NCBI GenBank assembly: GCA_951406725.2
Contig: OX597825.1
Location: 81,034,001-81,098,000 of the forward strand
From: Octopus vulgaris
Lineage: Eukaryota
Direction: 5' to 3'
DNA: 64,000 bases
Positions 14,410 to 29,335 of this stretch are shown here, piece after piece. The translations under genes and the position numbers were made by a program. Below the pieces are notes generated by a model, which was not told where the DNA came from, ran no database searches, and saw only the letters and a list, made by a program, of their open reading frames with translations. The stretch's first letter is position 1. Each line of letters starts with the position of its first letter.

Positions 14410-14573
14410 CAACAAGTTTCTTCCAGTTGCCGTGAACCAAATCCATTTCGAAGGCTTTGGGAGGCCCTAGGCTATGGTTGAAAACACTTGCCCAAGGCGC
14501 TACGCAGTGGGACTGAACCTGAAACCGTGTGACTTGGAAGCAGACTTTTCGCCACACCGCTACCCCAGCGTCT
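14410..14573 (-). mobile_element. SINE family A 5' half
   Basis: GCAGTGGGACTGAACC head in reverse. Confidence 0.8.
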
Positions 14574-14722
14574 ATAATTTATATATCCTTTCAAAGTCTT
14601 TTTGAACAGCTTCAAGCGTAATCGGACGTGATAAAACCTGTTGTACAGGAATTGTCCTGAACCAAAATTCTCTATCTAGATTCTCTATCTAGATATATAT
14701 ATATGTATATACATATATACAT

Positions 14723-14755
<33 letters not shown>

Positions 14756-14762
14756 TATACTA

Positions 14763-14821
<59 letters not shown>

Positions 14822-14824
14822 AAT

Positions 14825-15058
14825 TGCAGCGTGGAAGGTGTTTATAAGCCATTTAAGAACACACAAAACCGTTAGATTCACTTCTACATTTAAATCTAAT
14901 TTGTCAAAATATTTTCGTCGCTTTGAGACCGCGACCTCTTCACTGACGAAACTTCGTGCTAAGCGACGAAAATATTTTGACAAATTAAATTTAAATGTTG
15001 AAGTGAATCTAACGGTTTTGTGTGTTTCTTAAATGGCTTATAAATACCTTCCACGCTG

Positions 15059-15060
<2 letters not shown>
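14825..15060. mobile_element. Fold-back Penelope-like insert, arms of about 99 bp, inside (TA)n
   Basis: 14825-14923 is the reverse complement of 14961-15060 with few mismatches. Confidence 0.85.
14903..14947 (-). ncRNA. Minimal type I hammerhead-like motif (G3 variant)
   Basis: GUCA GUGAAGA G GUCGC-GGUCUCAAA-GCGAC GAA AAUAUU U UGAC; all three stems pair, stem III palindromic. Confidence 0.65.
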
Positions 15061-15125
<65 letters not shown>

Positions 15126-15843
15126 GTTATATTAGGTATATGTATTTTCTGTGCTGGGATTTAGTGTGTCATATGATAAGTTTAGCTTCGTTGCGTAGGC
15201 GAAGCGGGTTTGCAAATTAAGTTTCATTCCTTATTAGAATTTTTATCCGCTATGTTTAACACCTTTAGGAAAGGTGTGATCAACAGCACTCCCGTTTCCT
15301 ATTCCTTGAAATCGATATCCTGATCGTTCACGGATGCCTTTGATCACGATAGATCAAACATTTGATCTCTACAGATGCACTGATAACATAAATATGTATT
15401 TGTAAATACGTTATAGATAAATATGAATATTATATTGACTCGGATACATACAACATTAATGTATGTTATATGTGAATATGCAAATATAAATTTGATGAAT
15501 GGATTTTGGGGTCTGAGGAAGCTTATTTCTGATAAATTAATGCCATCTTCATAAATATTAAATACTCAAAAATGAATATTGGGCAAATAGGTGATGTTTC
15601 AGGTACTGTCAAGTTGTTTTATATGAACTGAATATGTTATTACAAGGATTTAAAAGGATTTTGATATTTACATACTTTAAGGTTTAACCTAGCAAAGTAT
15701 TGCGTCAAATACTTTGCTGACGGCGCAGACGTGGGTGTGTGGCCGACCAACACCTTGTGAGTGAATTTGGTGGATTTGGTAGACAGAAACTGAAAGAGCC
15801 CGTCATATGTGTATATACATGTGTATGTATATGTGTGTGTGCT

Positions 15844-15887
<44 letters not shown>

Positions 15888-15946
15888 CATAGATACATAC
15901 ACATATGCATATATATGTATATACACATATGACGAGCTCTTTCAGT

Positions 15947-15977
<31 letters not shown>

Positions 15978-15984
15978 AGAAGCT

Positions 15985-16135
15985 TACGAGCTGGCAGAAA
16001 CGTTAGCCCGCCGGGCGAAATGTTTAGCGGTAATTCTGCCGGGGTCGACTTTGCCTTTCGTCCTTTCGGTGTCGATAAATTAAGTACCAGTTACGCACTG
16101 GGGTCGATGTAATCGACTTAATCCTTTGTCTGTCC
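15985..16135 (+). mobile_element. SINE family B
   Basis: GAGCTGGCAGAAACGTTAGC head and family B core. Confidence 0.85.
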
Positions 16136-16520
16136 TTTGCCTGCTTGTCTGTCTGTCTCTCATTCTCTTATGTTTGCTTCCTATCAATTTATTAATGACG
16201 TACCCAGCGTAAAATATAAGGTCTGCTCTGTTCTTCGTAAGATATTTACGATATCCGCGTGCATTTGCAGTAGTTCTGTCTGATTTGCGAACAGCAAAAA
16301 TATTATATGGCCTGTTGCTAGGGGAAAAGGTTGCTTCAAGGCTGCTTGAAAGTGATAAAGGGGTGACTCAAAGGCAAAGGTCACAAAATTTAAATCAATG
16401 ATACATTGGGTCACATCCATTGACTACAGCATTTGTTTAGAAATAAACGCCGTTGTTTTTGTTTTGTTTTGTTTTTCCAGTTTCAGCTCTTGAGCTGTGG
16501 CCATGCTGGGGCACCGCCAT

Positions 16521-16686
16521 TGTGGTGAAAGAGTACAGCAGGGATCACCCCCCCCCCCTGCCGGAGCCTCGTAGAGCTTTTAGGTGTTTTCGCTCAATAA
16601 ACACACACAACGCCCGGTCTGAGAATCGAAACCGCGATCCTGCGACCGCGAGTCCGCTGCCCTAACCACTAGGCCATTGCGCCTTT
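16521..16686 (-). mobile_element. SINE family C 5' part
   Basis: Reverse match to the tRNA-like head at 57135. Confidence 0.85.
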
Positions 16687-16741
16687 CAGTGGAATCATTG
16701 TTGGTTTTCGATTTACAAGCATAAATATAACACGTGCACGC

Positions 16742-16830
<89 letters not shown>

Positions 16831-17019
16831 GCACGCACGCACGCAGGCACGCACACAAGCACATACAAGCACACACAAGCACATACATATGTGTGTAACA
16901 AGCCCGCCCAAACTAGTAATCATTAAATATATATGTATGTGTGTGTATGTGTGTGTGTGTCTAAATGTATACACGCATACATACGTATATATCTATATAT
17001 ATTTGTATATATACATACA

Positions 17020-17071
<52 letters not shown>

Positions 17072-17192
17072 CATATGTACATGTAAATATATATATATAT
17101 TTTGTTGTAGTCCGTTACGTTCTTATTCCATTTTTGGGATTTATATATACACATAGAGGCGTACGTACACCATTTGCTCACCTTGTAAGTAA

Positions 17193-17248
<56 letters not shown>

Positions 17249-17332
17249 TAGGTATATAATATATATATATATATTTATAAAAAAGAAGTTTGAAAACGCC
17301 ACTATATATGATAAATTTTAATATTCTTAGAA

Positions 17333-17380
17333 ATTTTACATTTTTCGGTTCTTCTTGAAAAAACGAACCTCATCAAAAAT
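17333..17380 (-). ncRNA. Minimal type I hammerhead motif (C3U)
   Basis: AUUU UUGAUGA GGUUC-13nt-GAACC GAA AAAUGU A AAAU; next to (TA)n. Confidence 0.65.
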
Positions 17381-17864
17381 ATTTTGAAAAGTTAAGTGTA
17401 GTAAAAAAGTTCATAATTGTTTCTTACTAGTTTCAACAAAATCCACGCTGTGGTTTTTGGTGGGGAGGAAGCATAATAGCTGTCTTTTGTGTGACTAAAG
17501 TTGGGGAAATGACTAGTGGCTGAAATAGCAGTAGCAACAGCGACTGCTGGTCGTAGTGGTAGTGACCGTAGTGGTGGTGGTTGGAGTTGCTATAGTTGTG
17601 TTTGAGCGTGTGTGTGTGTTTGTATGTGTGTTCATATGTATGCATGTTCTGCGTAGCTTTGAAAGCATTTCTTGCAGGTTTGCCTGTGAGTCAAATTAAT
17701 GACACTTCCGATGACGTGGCCACGACGACGACGACGGCCATGACCATCACGATCACGACGACGACCACGAAGATGATGATGATTGATGAATGTCGTAGAA
17801 ATGTTCTTCGTATCACCATCACCACCACCATCATCATCATCATCCTCATCATCATCATCATCAA

Positions 17865-18628
<764 letters not shown>

Positions 18629-18635
18629 CTCATTA

Positions 18636-19000
18636 GTTCCTTCTAATGCTATATCCTACAAACCACCTTGTCGCCATTTTGCTTCCCACCATTGACAAAT
18701 TAATATCCTATAAAACCTACGTAATAGAATTTCCCCATATCACAGCAAGCTTAAAGGCATTTTCCATAATTCTTCTCGATTCCATTAACCAATAATTTTC
18801 AACGATCATCTTCGCCATAAGTTAACCTCTTATAGCAGAGCTATGATTCCACATATTCCATTGATGGCATTATCCAAAATTCGATTCCGTTACGTCTGCT
18901 ATAAATTTACCTGGCTTTGGTCAGCCATATATTTAGTGATGATGAAATTTATTGCGATTCTCTTTCGGTTTCCCCTGATTTACCGTTTCTAAGATGACGG
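18636..19000 (-). mobile_element. Decayed LINE (RTE-like) RT fragment
   Basis: Minus strand WNREELWKM...YGEILLRRFYRD...VGSKMATRWF...IRR resembles RT domains 3-4; LRNGKS upstream. Confidence 0.4.
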
Positions 19001-19280
19001 CTCACAAGACTCAATGGATTGTATAATGATATTAGTGTCGCTAACTGAAACAAAATCAAATAAATACACGGGGTCAAGTATAGATAACATCTAGGAACTT
19101 CATCTAACTGCATCTAATACATATCTATGAACGTTTGTGTGCTTGTGTGTGTTTCGGAACGTGTGTGTGTGTAATGACAGCAAGAGTGCGATGTCTGCAA
19201 CCGGATGTCAAGTCGCAATGCTATCGCTTGTTTCCACTCTTAAGCATAAACAACACTGGCCGTGACTTTTCAGTCTTGCT

Positions 19281-19445
19281 GGGGATGTAGCTGTGTGGTA
19301 AGAAGCTAGCTTCCCAACTACACGTTCCGGGTTCAATCCCACTGCGTGGTATCTCGAATAAGTGTATTCTACTGTAGCCCCGGGCCGTTTAGAGCCTTGT
19401 AAGTGGATTCGGTATTTGGTAGACTGAAACTGAAACAAGCCCGTC

Positions 19446-19499
<54 letters not shown>

Positions 19500-19500
19500 G

Positions 19501-19534
<34 letters not shown>

Positions 19535-19790
19535 TGTATGTATGTATGCGTGTATGCATTATGTGTGTGTTCTTATTTATGTCTCTGTGTGTACCTTTGT
19601 GTCTGCGTTTGTCCCCTACCACCGTTTGATGACCGGTTTGGCCTGGTTTACGTCCCCATAACTTGGCGGCTTGGCGAAGGCGATCAATAGAATAAGTACT
19701 TGGCAAAAAAAAGTGATGGGGTCGATTTGTTCTATTAAAACCCTTCAAGACAGTGCCCCAGCATGGCTGCCGTCAAATGACTGAAACAAG
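19281..19790 (+). mobile_element. Full-length SINE family A
   Basis: Head, internal (TA)n(TATG)n and 3' end all present. Confidence 0.88.
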
Positions 19791-19913
19791 TCTGCTGCGC
19801 TGCATTCAATGTACATTCAATGTTATCTATCTCTCACTGGATGGAAAACTGTTTTTGTTGATTTTACCTTAACGGACGAGTAAACTATATGCATACATAC
19901 ATACATATATATG

Positions 19914-20022
<109 letters not shown>

Positions 20023-20040
20023 CGTACATATATATATATG

Positions 20041-20133
<93 letters not shown>

Positions 20134-20169
20134 CACGCACCACGCGATTTATATCTGATTCAATGTTGC

Positions 20170-20560
20170 TCGTGAATGAGTATTAAGTTGAAAACGTTAA
20201 GGAGTTATGAAGGTTTGGTGTCTCTGTGTACGAGTGAGTGTTGTTGGAGAAGATACTGAGAAGATACAGGATGCAGAATGCGTGGAATGGATCAAAACTT
20301 CGGACCACAATAGAGTTGATAGAATGTGTGTCAGGGAGGGCTCTACAAGTACTGACTTCAATAGTGCGATGTTGTAGGAAATCCTTGACCCAAGAGTCAA
20401 CAGCCGAACGAAACCCGTGCATGCCCTGCACAGTCCGAACCTAATGGCGAGAGCAACAGCATTGCGGTATCTCGAGAATGAGGGGACTCCAGTGAGTAAC
20501 GCAGTTGAGTGGGACCCCAGTAGGGTTGTGTTTGTGACCACCATACCAAAAATCATTTAG
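20170..20560 (-). mobile_element. Decayed CR1/L2/Jockey-group LINE RT fragment
   Basis: HGFRSAVDSWVKDFLQHRTIEV...ALPDTHSINS...LLSIFSNNTHSY matches the RT segment leading to YADD; frameshifted. Confidence 0.65.
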
Positions 20561-21487
20561 GGATGTAGGTTAATAAAATGTATAGCACTCGTAGTAAATT
20601 CTACACTAAAACTGCGTTAAGCTTGCGGTCTTTATTTGTGGTTGCTCGTTGAATCTACAGCCAAATATAAATAGATTCGTTGTGTGTTGATCGCAGTAGA
20701 GAAATGTCAGTTATTTACATAGCTTATAATTTCATTGTCTGGTGATTTCATTTACATGACGTGCGAATGCCTTGATAAATCCATTGTTATGGCAAATACA
20801 TTTTCAATAAATTTATCGAGCTACTTTTTTTTATCCACGGAATAAATGCATCGCTAAACATTATTCAAAAACTTTTCCTAGAATAAATTTCACGGATTTC
20901 AGCAACCACGGAAAAGAAATTTAAGGACGAAAAATTCTATACTACAATCTGAACATTTCTTTTTTAGATATTTTTAAAAAGGATCAATGAACAAACAAAT
21001 AATCGAACTTTATATCGCTGGCTGGGTTTGAAATGGGGTGGGAATAAAACATAACAAAAAGAAAAATAATGCAGCGAAAATTCATTGTGTTTTTAAAGAA
21101 TATGAAAATAAAAAAATACCGGATTATTGCAGAGGCAGTGATTATAGTTTTTTTTTTTGTTGAATGTTTCTTCCTTCAGTTTAAAATATTATCACCTTCT
21201 TCATTTTTTGTGTAGATTATGTTTTTAAAATAACTTTGATTTGGTTTATGGTGTATATATTGAGAACTTTTGCGTGTTTGTTTTGCATGTAAAAATCTTT
21301 AAATAATATTCTCTAAAGAATTTACTCTGCGGATAAAAAATTAGATGGCGTTGAATTTACTGATGGACAATTGGTTCCCGAAGTAGGAATTTTCCATGAA
21401 ATTATCAAACTATGAGTTTAGCAGAAACCGAATTGATAGTGTCGTTGGACAGTCGGGTAGAATGTTGTGTTATACTACGATTAATGT

Positions 21488-21855
21488 GTCGAGCTGACAG
21501 AATCACCAGCACGCCAGACAAAATGCTTAGCGGCATTTCGTCCGTCTTCACGTTCTTCAACTAAGGTGGCCTTTGGTTTTCATCCTTGTGGGGTCGATAA
21601 AATAAGTACCTATCCGTCTCCCTCGCAATTGCTGGCCTTGTGCCAAAATCTGAAACCAGTATTTACTACGATTCTCTGTACACTGAGTTCAAATTCCACT
21701 GAACCTAATCTTGCTTTTCCTCCTTTCGGTGTTGATAGATAATATACGAATATACAGCCGTGGATTAGGGCAACTGTTAGAACGTCAAGCCTTGTGCCTT
21801 GCGGAATCTGTTCTGGATACTTATGCTTTGAGTTCAATTCCCGCTGTGGTCTATA
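21488..21855. mobile_element. Cluster of SINE family B fragments
   Basis: GAGCTGACAGAATC head and repeated GAGTTCAAATTCC cores. Confidence 0.7.
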
Positions 21856-22987
21856 TGAGCGGTAGACTTAATCTGTTGCTCGGTTTAACACCACCATGTT
21901 GCACCTTGGATGCCATTTTCGGAATCCACTCTGCTGTAAGCATCCAGCTTAGGTTTCCCACATGAAAATACTTTGCTCGCTCCCTCTCAACAATCTCAGA
22001 GGTCTTTAAAAGGATCAAAGGCATGGATTTTTTTCTCCTGACTAAGAAAAACATTAGTACTGGTCTGTGGAGTGGATAAACGTCCAGGCAGTCGCTTTGA
22101 TTTCCACGTTCAGTGTGTAGTTCAATAAGATGGTGACAGAATAAAAGGCTCTGTGAAGTCATACATTGTAGAATGGCTAACCTTGACCACTGGAGTAGCA
22201 TCGGGCTGCTGGGTCAGGGTATGACGAAGGCGCACAATAGCAAAAGACCCCTCCAACCATCACAACTACCACCACCATCCCCAACATCATCAATGTCGCA
22301 ACAACAACGAACATCACCGCCACCATCACTACCGCCAAACCACCACCACCATCACCATCACTATCACCACCCTCACTCCAACCACTCCAACCACTGCGCC
22401 GCTATGACCATCACCATCAACTCCATCAAAGGCGGCAACCACTAGCACAACCACCAGCACAACAACCATTATGAACGCCGCTGCGGTGTTTTAGCAGTAT
22501 AGCAATAGTAACAGCATTGGCGAAGAAGAAGAAGAAAAAGAAAGAAATGGAGGAAAAAACGAAAGAGAAGAAATAGAAGGAGAAAAGAAAGAAAGAGAGA
22601 AAGAAAGGAAAAAGAAAGAAAAGATAAATTATAATGCGCAAGACCCCAAGAACCAGAACGAGAAGAAAAAATCTTGAACAAAAAAATCTTGTGAACATAG
22701 GGAAAAATTGAAGGAGAAAAGAAAGAAAATGAATAAAATGAAAAAAAAAACAAAACAAAAAAAGCAAGAAAAAAACAGAAGAGAATGTAAGAATAAAGAA
22801 GGAAACAAAGAGCGAAGAAGTAAGAAACAAAATGGCTGCCTTCAATAATGCGAGCGCTGCCATTAATGGTATTTCATTTTGATTGTTATGTTGGGTGATA
22901 AACGTCGGTAGATTCGAGTGGATACAGGAACCGCTAGGAATAGATATGTAGGGAATCATTCCAGACAAATGCTCAAGAATAATTGTG

Positions 22988-23065
<78 letters not shown>

Positions 23066-23134
23066 GTGCATGTATCCATATATATATATATATATACATA
23101 TATATTCATAAGTATGTATACATATACATTCATT

Positions 23135-23188
<54 letters not shown>

Positions 23189-23240
23189 TATGTATATATA
23201 TATACACATATATGTATATATATATATACACATATATATG

Positions 23241-23298
<58 letters not shown>

Positions 23299-23521
23299 CA
23301 TGTATATTCATATATATGTATATATATATATATCCATATTCATATCTTTATAAATGTTTATATATACATATATACTTTTATATAAACTTACACACATATA
23401 TATATATATATGTATGTACATATGCATGCTTTTATGTAGGCATGTATGTACGCACGTACGCATGTATGTAAGTATGTATGTATCTCTCTCTCTCTCTCTC
23501 TCTCTTTCTATCTATCTATCA

Positions 23522-23652
<131 letters not shown>

Positions 23653-23970
23653 AATCAATCAAACTAATTGTTCTTTACTTCTTTTACTCGCTTCACGGTG
23701 TCAGCTGTGGCCATGCTGGAGTATTATAAAGCATTATCTTATTTTTATTACGGTTTTCTTCTTCGTGCTATTTATTTATTTATTTCCCGGGAATGGGGGA
23801 GAAGGGGAGGGTGGTGCCGTTTTTTTCTCTTTCTTTTCTTTTCTCTTTAAGTTTTCTTTTCTTTTTTACCTTTTCTATTTTTCCTTGTAAACTAGTTGTT
23901 GGCCACTTGTGATAATAAGCAACTCCCAAGTGTGTGTGTGTGTATGTATGTATGTATGTATGTATGTATG

Positions 23971-24022
<52 letters not shown>

Positions 24023-24077
24023 CTTACGCACAGACACAGACACACACACATATTATATAAATATATTTAATATGTAT

Positions 24078-24151
<74 letters not shown>

Positions 24152-24181
24152 TTTATATATTAAAGTATATGCTTATGTAAA

Positions 24182-24352
<171 letters not shown>

Positions 24353-24369
24353 CTATCTATCCATCTGTG

Positions 24370-24445
<76 letters not shown>

Positions 24446-24769
24446 CATAGGTGAGCGTGCATTAGCATGCATATTTGCGCACACAACGGCCGATGCAGCG
24501 TGAAGAGTTGCTCTGAGTGCCAACGCAGTTGTGAGTGCAACTGAGATGAAGAACAGGCGAGATTGGAAGTTATTGTGGCAATTGTTGAAAGGAGGCGATC
24601 TGAAGGGGAAACGTTTGGTGCTGCTCTTGTAGTCTGCTTTGTGTTTTAGTTCTTTTCATCTTCCATCTGTACAGACGCCTTTACGAAAGAACAGCTTGAA
24701 AGGAAGGATAAAGAAATAATAATAATAACACTACTACGACCATTTATTATTACCTCTTCATCTAATAGT

Positions 24770-24827
24770 CATAATAATAATGATAATAATAGTAATAATA
24801 ATAATAATAATAATGATGATGATGATG

Positions 24828-24894
<67 letters not shown>

Positions 24895-24905
24895 TGATGA
24901 TGATG

Positions 24906-24957
<52 letters not shown>

Positions 24958-25019
24958 TGATGATGATGATGATGATGATAATAATAATAATAATAATAAT
25001 GATAATAATAATAATAATG

Positions 25020-25058
<39 letters not shown>

Positions 25059-25065
25059 TTGATGG

Positions 25066-25158
<93 letters not shown>

Positions 25159-25190
25159 TGATGATGATGATGATAATGATGATGATGATG

Positions 25191-25248
<58 letters not shown>

Positions 25249-25262
25249 TGATGATGATGATG

Positions 25263-25302
<40 letters not shown>

Positions 25303-25316
25303 TGATGATGATGATG

Positions 25317-25383
<67 letters not shown>

Positions 25384-25431
25384 TGGTGATGATGATGATG
25401 ATGATGATGATGATAATGATGATGATGATGA
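24770..25431. repeat. (ATA)n/(ATG)n microsatellite, about 660 bp
   Basis: Direct reading; abuts the 3' end of the Tx1-like LINE. Confidence 0.97.
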
Positions 25432-25435
25432 TTTC

Positions 25436-27390
25436 ATTTATTTGCCACAAGGGTGAAGGCTGAAGGGAACAATAACGAGACAGACATAAAGTGTGGGGGT
25501 TTACGTATAAAGAAAGGATAAAAAAGGGGTAAGTATGCACGGTATACACTGAAAAAGAAGGGACATGTATAGCATACAAAGTTTTAAAAAAAGTGGCGGT
25601 GAGGATGATAGAGCTGTGGCCCTCCTGATACAGGAACGCCTCTAGGGATAATCGAGGAACCCCACTGTCCAAGATTTCCCTGAAATCGCAAGAGCACGTG
25701 CCCTCAACAGTTCCTTCTCTCCGGCTCACAGGCCCACACTTAGAGAGATACCATCCACTCTTGCCATTTTCGCAGCTGTTACCTACCTTTCAATAAACTC
25801 ACTCGAGGACAGCATCTTCCCTCTCCACTCTCAATTTCCTTTTTAAGTGAAACTTGAAGAAGTCAATGAGATCTCTACCAAAGAGGAATGTATCTGTCCT
25901 CATGCCTTTCAGCCTTGTCTACCAAACAACCTCTTTCGCCACTGCCACCAGACAAAGGAAAACTACCTTGCCTGCCTGATTGAAAGAGGGCGGCAAGGTG
26001 ATCATCACTACAGACTCGGCTGACAGACGGATCCGTCCCACATGTGACAGCAGCTGTTCAACATAACCCCACATGTCAGTGATGCCCGGACACTGGACTA
26101 CAGAACGGTTTCGTCACTCTGCGCGCACCTCGGACAAGTCCGTCTGACAGCACATCCGTTCCTGTAGAATTAATCTCGAATCAGTAGCGCCCCCTTGTAG
26201 CACTGCTAAGTCAAGGAGATCTGGAAATTATCCATGATAGTTCCCGACCAGAAAGTCCTCTGGAACAGACTAGCCAATTCGTTCTCGTCGGCGCCCAGAG
26301 TCTCCCCGAGAACGTCATCGCATTTCTCCGCCACTAATCCTCTATAAATGTCTACACCAGAACATCCACCGATCCCATTGGATCATCTGACGACATTCTA
26401 GGTGCCAGGCGCCCAGTTTCGGCCTTTTCTTCATCCAGGGTTGCAGCTCCGTCAAGGAGACGAGCTGTGGAAAGATGAGCCTCATAAACGGATCCCATAC
26501 ACATGCTCACCGTCCAAAAATCGTTGCAGGTGGCGTAATCTAAGCGAGTGTCTGCGCATTAGGAGCCGCGGCATACCTAATCCGCCACTCAGAGGATGCT
26601 GGCAACAGTCTGATCGCCTGACCAATGGAACGCGTCCCTTCCACAACAATAATAGACGCTCCAATCTGGTCAAGAAGTCACTGGGACAAGGCATGGCGGT
26701 CAGATGATAAATGACAACGAAGGTGAAGTAAGCATTCGCCACCTCTACCCGACCTTTCATGGACAGCTTCCTCTCAGCCCATTTCTGGGTAAGACCGGCC
26801 ACCCTGTTCATCCCCTTGTCCGAGTTCTTATCAACCTGAGGTCGGGACTAAACCAGACCCCGACTAATTTAACTGGTCTGTCAGTCCAGCATCAGACATT
26901 TCCGTACGATGGCATCGTTCGGCCTCTCCAGGAACCCAACCTCAAACCCACCGATTTGTCGGCGTTGATTTTAACCCCAGCAACCGACCCATGTTCCTTT
27001 AGGATGGTGCCGACCGTCTCCACTTCGGAGGCGTCCGATACCATGACGTTGACGTCGTACGTGTATGTCGACACTGCCCTTTCTTGTCCAAGTCCGAAAC
27101 GGATGCTCCTTAGCTGTTCCAACTTCTGCAGCAGTGGCTCGAGTGCCAATATGTACAGAAGAGGCGCAGCGGGCAGCCCTGACGGAGCGAGCGAGCCATG
27201 CCAAACGGCTCCGATAGGTGGCTGTTTACTTTGACCACTGAACAGGTGCCGCTGTGCATTGAAGCGATCCAGGCTCAGAAAACGTGTCAGAAAGCGTCTG
27301 CTTTCAGGACGGCTTCCAAGTTGCAATAGTTGACCCTATCGAATGCCTTTGATTGATTCAAATTAATCAGAGCACCTCCGAAGCCAACTT
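25436..27390 (-). mobile_element. 5'-truncated L1/Tx1-clade LINE ORF2 relic (RT to C-terminal zinc motif) with 3' UTR
   Basis: GALINLNQSKAFDRVNY; PLLYILALEPLL; TYTYDV at the YADD position; KINADKS; WAERKLSMKGRV; GGLGMP; TCPRC; frameshifts and stops. Confidence 0.9.
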
Positions 27391-28220
27391 CGGTCCAAGA
27401 TTACGTGAAATGGAACAAACGTCCCTTTGAACGGGTTCCACGGTTTCCTTTTTTTCTTACGCCTGCTCCAATTTCACTTCACATTTTATAGTCATACATT
27501 TATAAAAATGCATGAACTTCTTATCCTCCTTATTTATTCTATTGAATATCTCAATCTTCGTTTCCCTGTTAAAAGATAATTATCACGTAACTAATTAAAT
27601 TCCACACCGAATATTCAACTAATAAAATAAAACAAAACCGGCAACAACTAATTATTCTCGCTTCTGACAAAAGATGTGTTTTATATAACAATTTGGATTA
27701 AGTAGCAATTTCAATTTATTATTAATAAATTTGTTAATTTATGTATTTTAATATAAAAAATATTAATAAAACATAATAGTTACATACCGTTTTTATTTTA
27801 AAACAAAATAATAAAAACTCTATTTTGAAGCCAATTATTATTTTATGCGGAAGCCTTGTTTACATGGCGATATGTATATTTAACCAGTTTCTATGCGAAC
27901 ATATTGCTTTCGGCAACCGTTCAGTAAGTGCAGTAAATATATAATTTACATTAGACGAACGCAGCTATTAAATGTTAATTGCATAAAGTAAATGGAGGAG
28001 TAATTGATAATATTGCTGTTAACAAGCAAGTATTTCGATCTCTTAATCGATAGCTATCACATCAAGTAGAAAGAGAGAAGGGAGAGAGAGTGAGAGAGTG
28101 AGAGGGAATGAGATTAATGAAAGAAAGTCAGAGATGGCTAAACGAAAAAAAAAACATACCAACAAACCTGTAAGTGTTAAGGAGAATTAGTTGTTACAGA
28201 GGTTAAACTTATCTGACCAA

Positions 28221-28562
28221 GGAGTAAAGATTGTTTGCCAACAGAACATGGCAGTCCTGGTTTAGGACGAATGTTGCTGTAATTTAGCCCCAGGAGACAT
28301 CGTCTCCAGCTGGCTATACGACACGATCTGTGTCCTTATTTTTCGAACAAGGGAATCTAGCATCCCCACTCAGCTCAAAACAATACCTGTGTATAGCTGT
28401 ATTGGAGCTGAGTGGGGGTGCTAAATTCCCTTGTTCGAAAATATAAGGACACAGATCGTGTCGTATTATCCAGCTGGAGACGATGTCTCCTGGGGCTAAA
28501 TTTCAGCAACATTCGTCCTAAACCAGGTCTGCCATGTTCTGTTGGCAAACAATTTTTACCCC
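28221..28562. mobile_element. Near-perfect 340-bp palindrome (fold-back/MITE-like)
   Basis: Arms 28221-28376 and 28405-28562 with about 9 differences by eye; spacer also pairs (CAATAC/GTATTG). Confidence 0.85.
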
Positions 28563-28721
28563 AAAGTACTGTTGCTGAATATCTCTCGTTGTGAGATTTA
28601 CAAATAGTAATTTTCTAATTTATCCGATCAAATCTATGATGGAAAGAATTCTAACCTTGGCCATCCCTTTGGTTCAGGCGTAACTCAGACTACTTTAAAG
28701 ACATACACTGTTATTTGAAAG

Positions 28722-28955
28722 GGATTCAGCAGCAATTTCTAGCAGGGCAGAAGGACCACATAAAAATTCCCTTTGTTGTCTCAAGTGACCAGGTAGAGGG
28801 TTCTTCTCTAACCGAAACCATCCCATGCGTTATATAATGAGCTACTCCATTTAAAAACGGAGAGTATTATTTGAGAGCGTTTTGGCTGCTATCTCTAGCA
28901 GGGTAGAATGACGACGTAGAAGCTCCCGCGTTTGTTCAAGTGGTTTGGTAGAGGT
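28722..28955 (+). repeat. Diverged tandem copies of an interspersed repeat (period about 157 bp)
   Basis: TCTAGCAGGG.AGAA.GAC.AC.TA...TCAAGTG...GGTAGAGG occurs twice; related pieces near 9540, 43070 and 52440. Confidence 0.6.
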
Positions 28956-29139
28956 ATCTTCTTTGGGGAGAAAAGAAGAATTGCTTCGTTCCCCTTCGGC
29001 GCCATCAACTCACAACGTTTCCTGACTTCCGTTACAAACGTTATGTTGTCATGGTGATTTCATGGGCCTATAAAAGATGGCAATACAGGGCAAAATGCTT
29101 GGCGGTATTTCGTCCGTCTTTACGTGTATCCTTAAGTAC

Positions 29140-29335
29140 AACCGAAACAGGGAGAAAGAGTGAGAGAAAGTTGTGATGAAAGTACAGCAGGTTACACCAC
29201 CATCCCCTGCCGGAGTTTTGTGTGGAGATTTAGGTGTTTTCGCTCAATAAACACTCACAACGTCCGGTCTGAGAATCGAAACCGCGATCCTACGACCGTG
29301 AGTCTTCTGCTATAACCACTGGGCCATTGCACCTC
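29140..29335 (-). mobile_element. SINE family C 5' part
   Basis: Reverse match to the head and body at 57135. Confidence 0.85.

Noticed and set aside
21870-22230. 116-aa minus-strand ORF in GC-richer sequence
   Set aside because: No motif recognised in any frame; probably an unassigned repeat fragment.
24758-25729. 323-aa ORF, the longest in the track
   Set aside because: Mostly (ATT/ATC)n; the N-terminus is the LINE 3' UTR.
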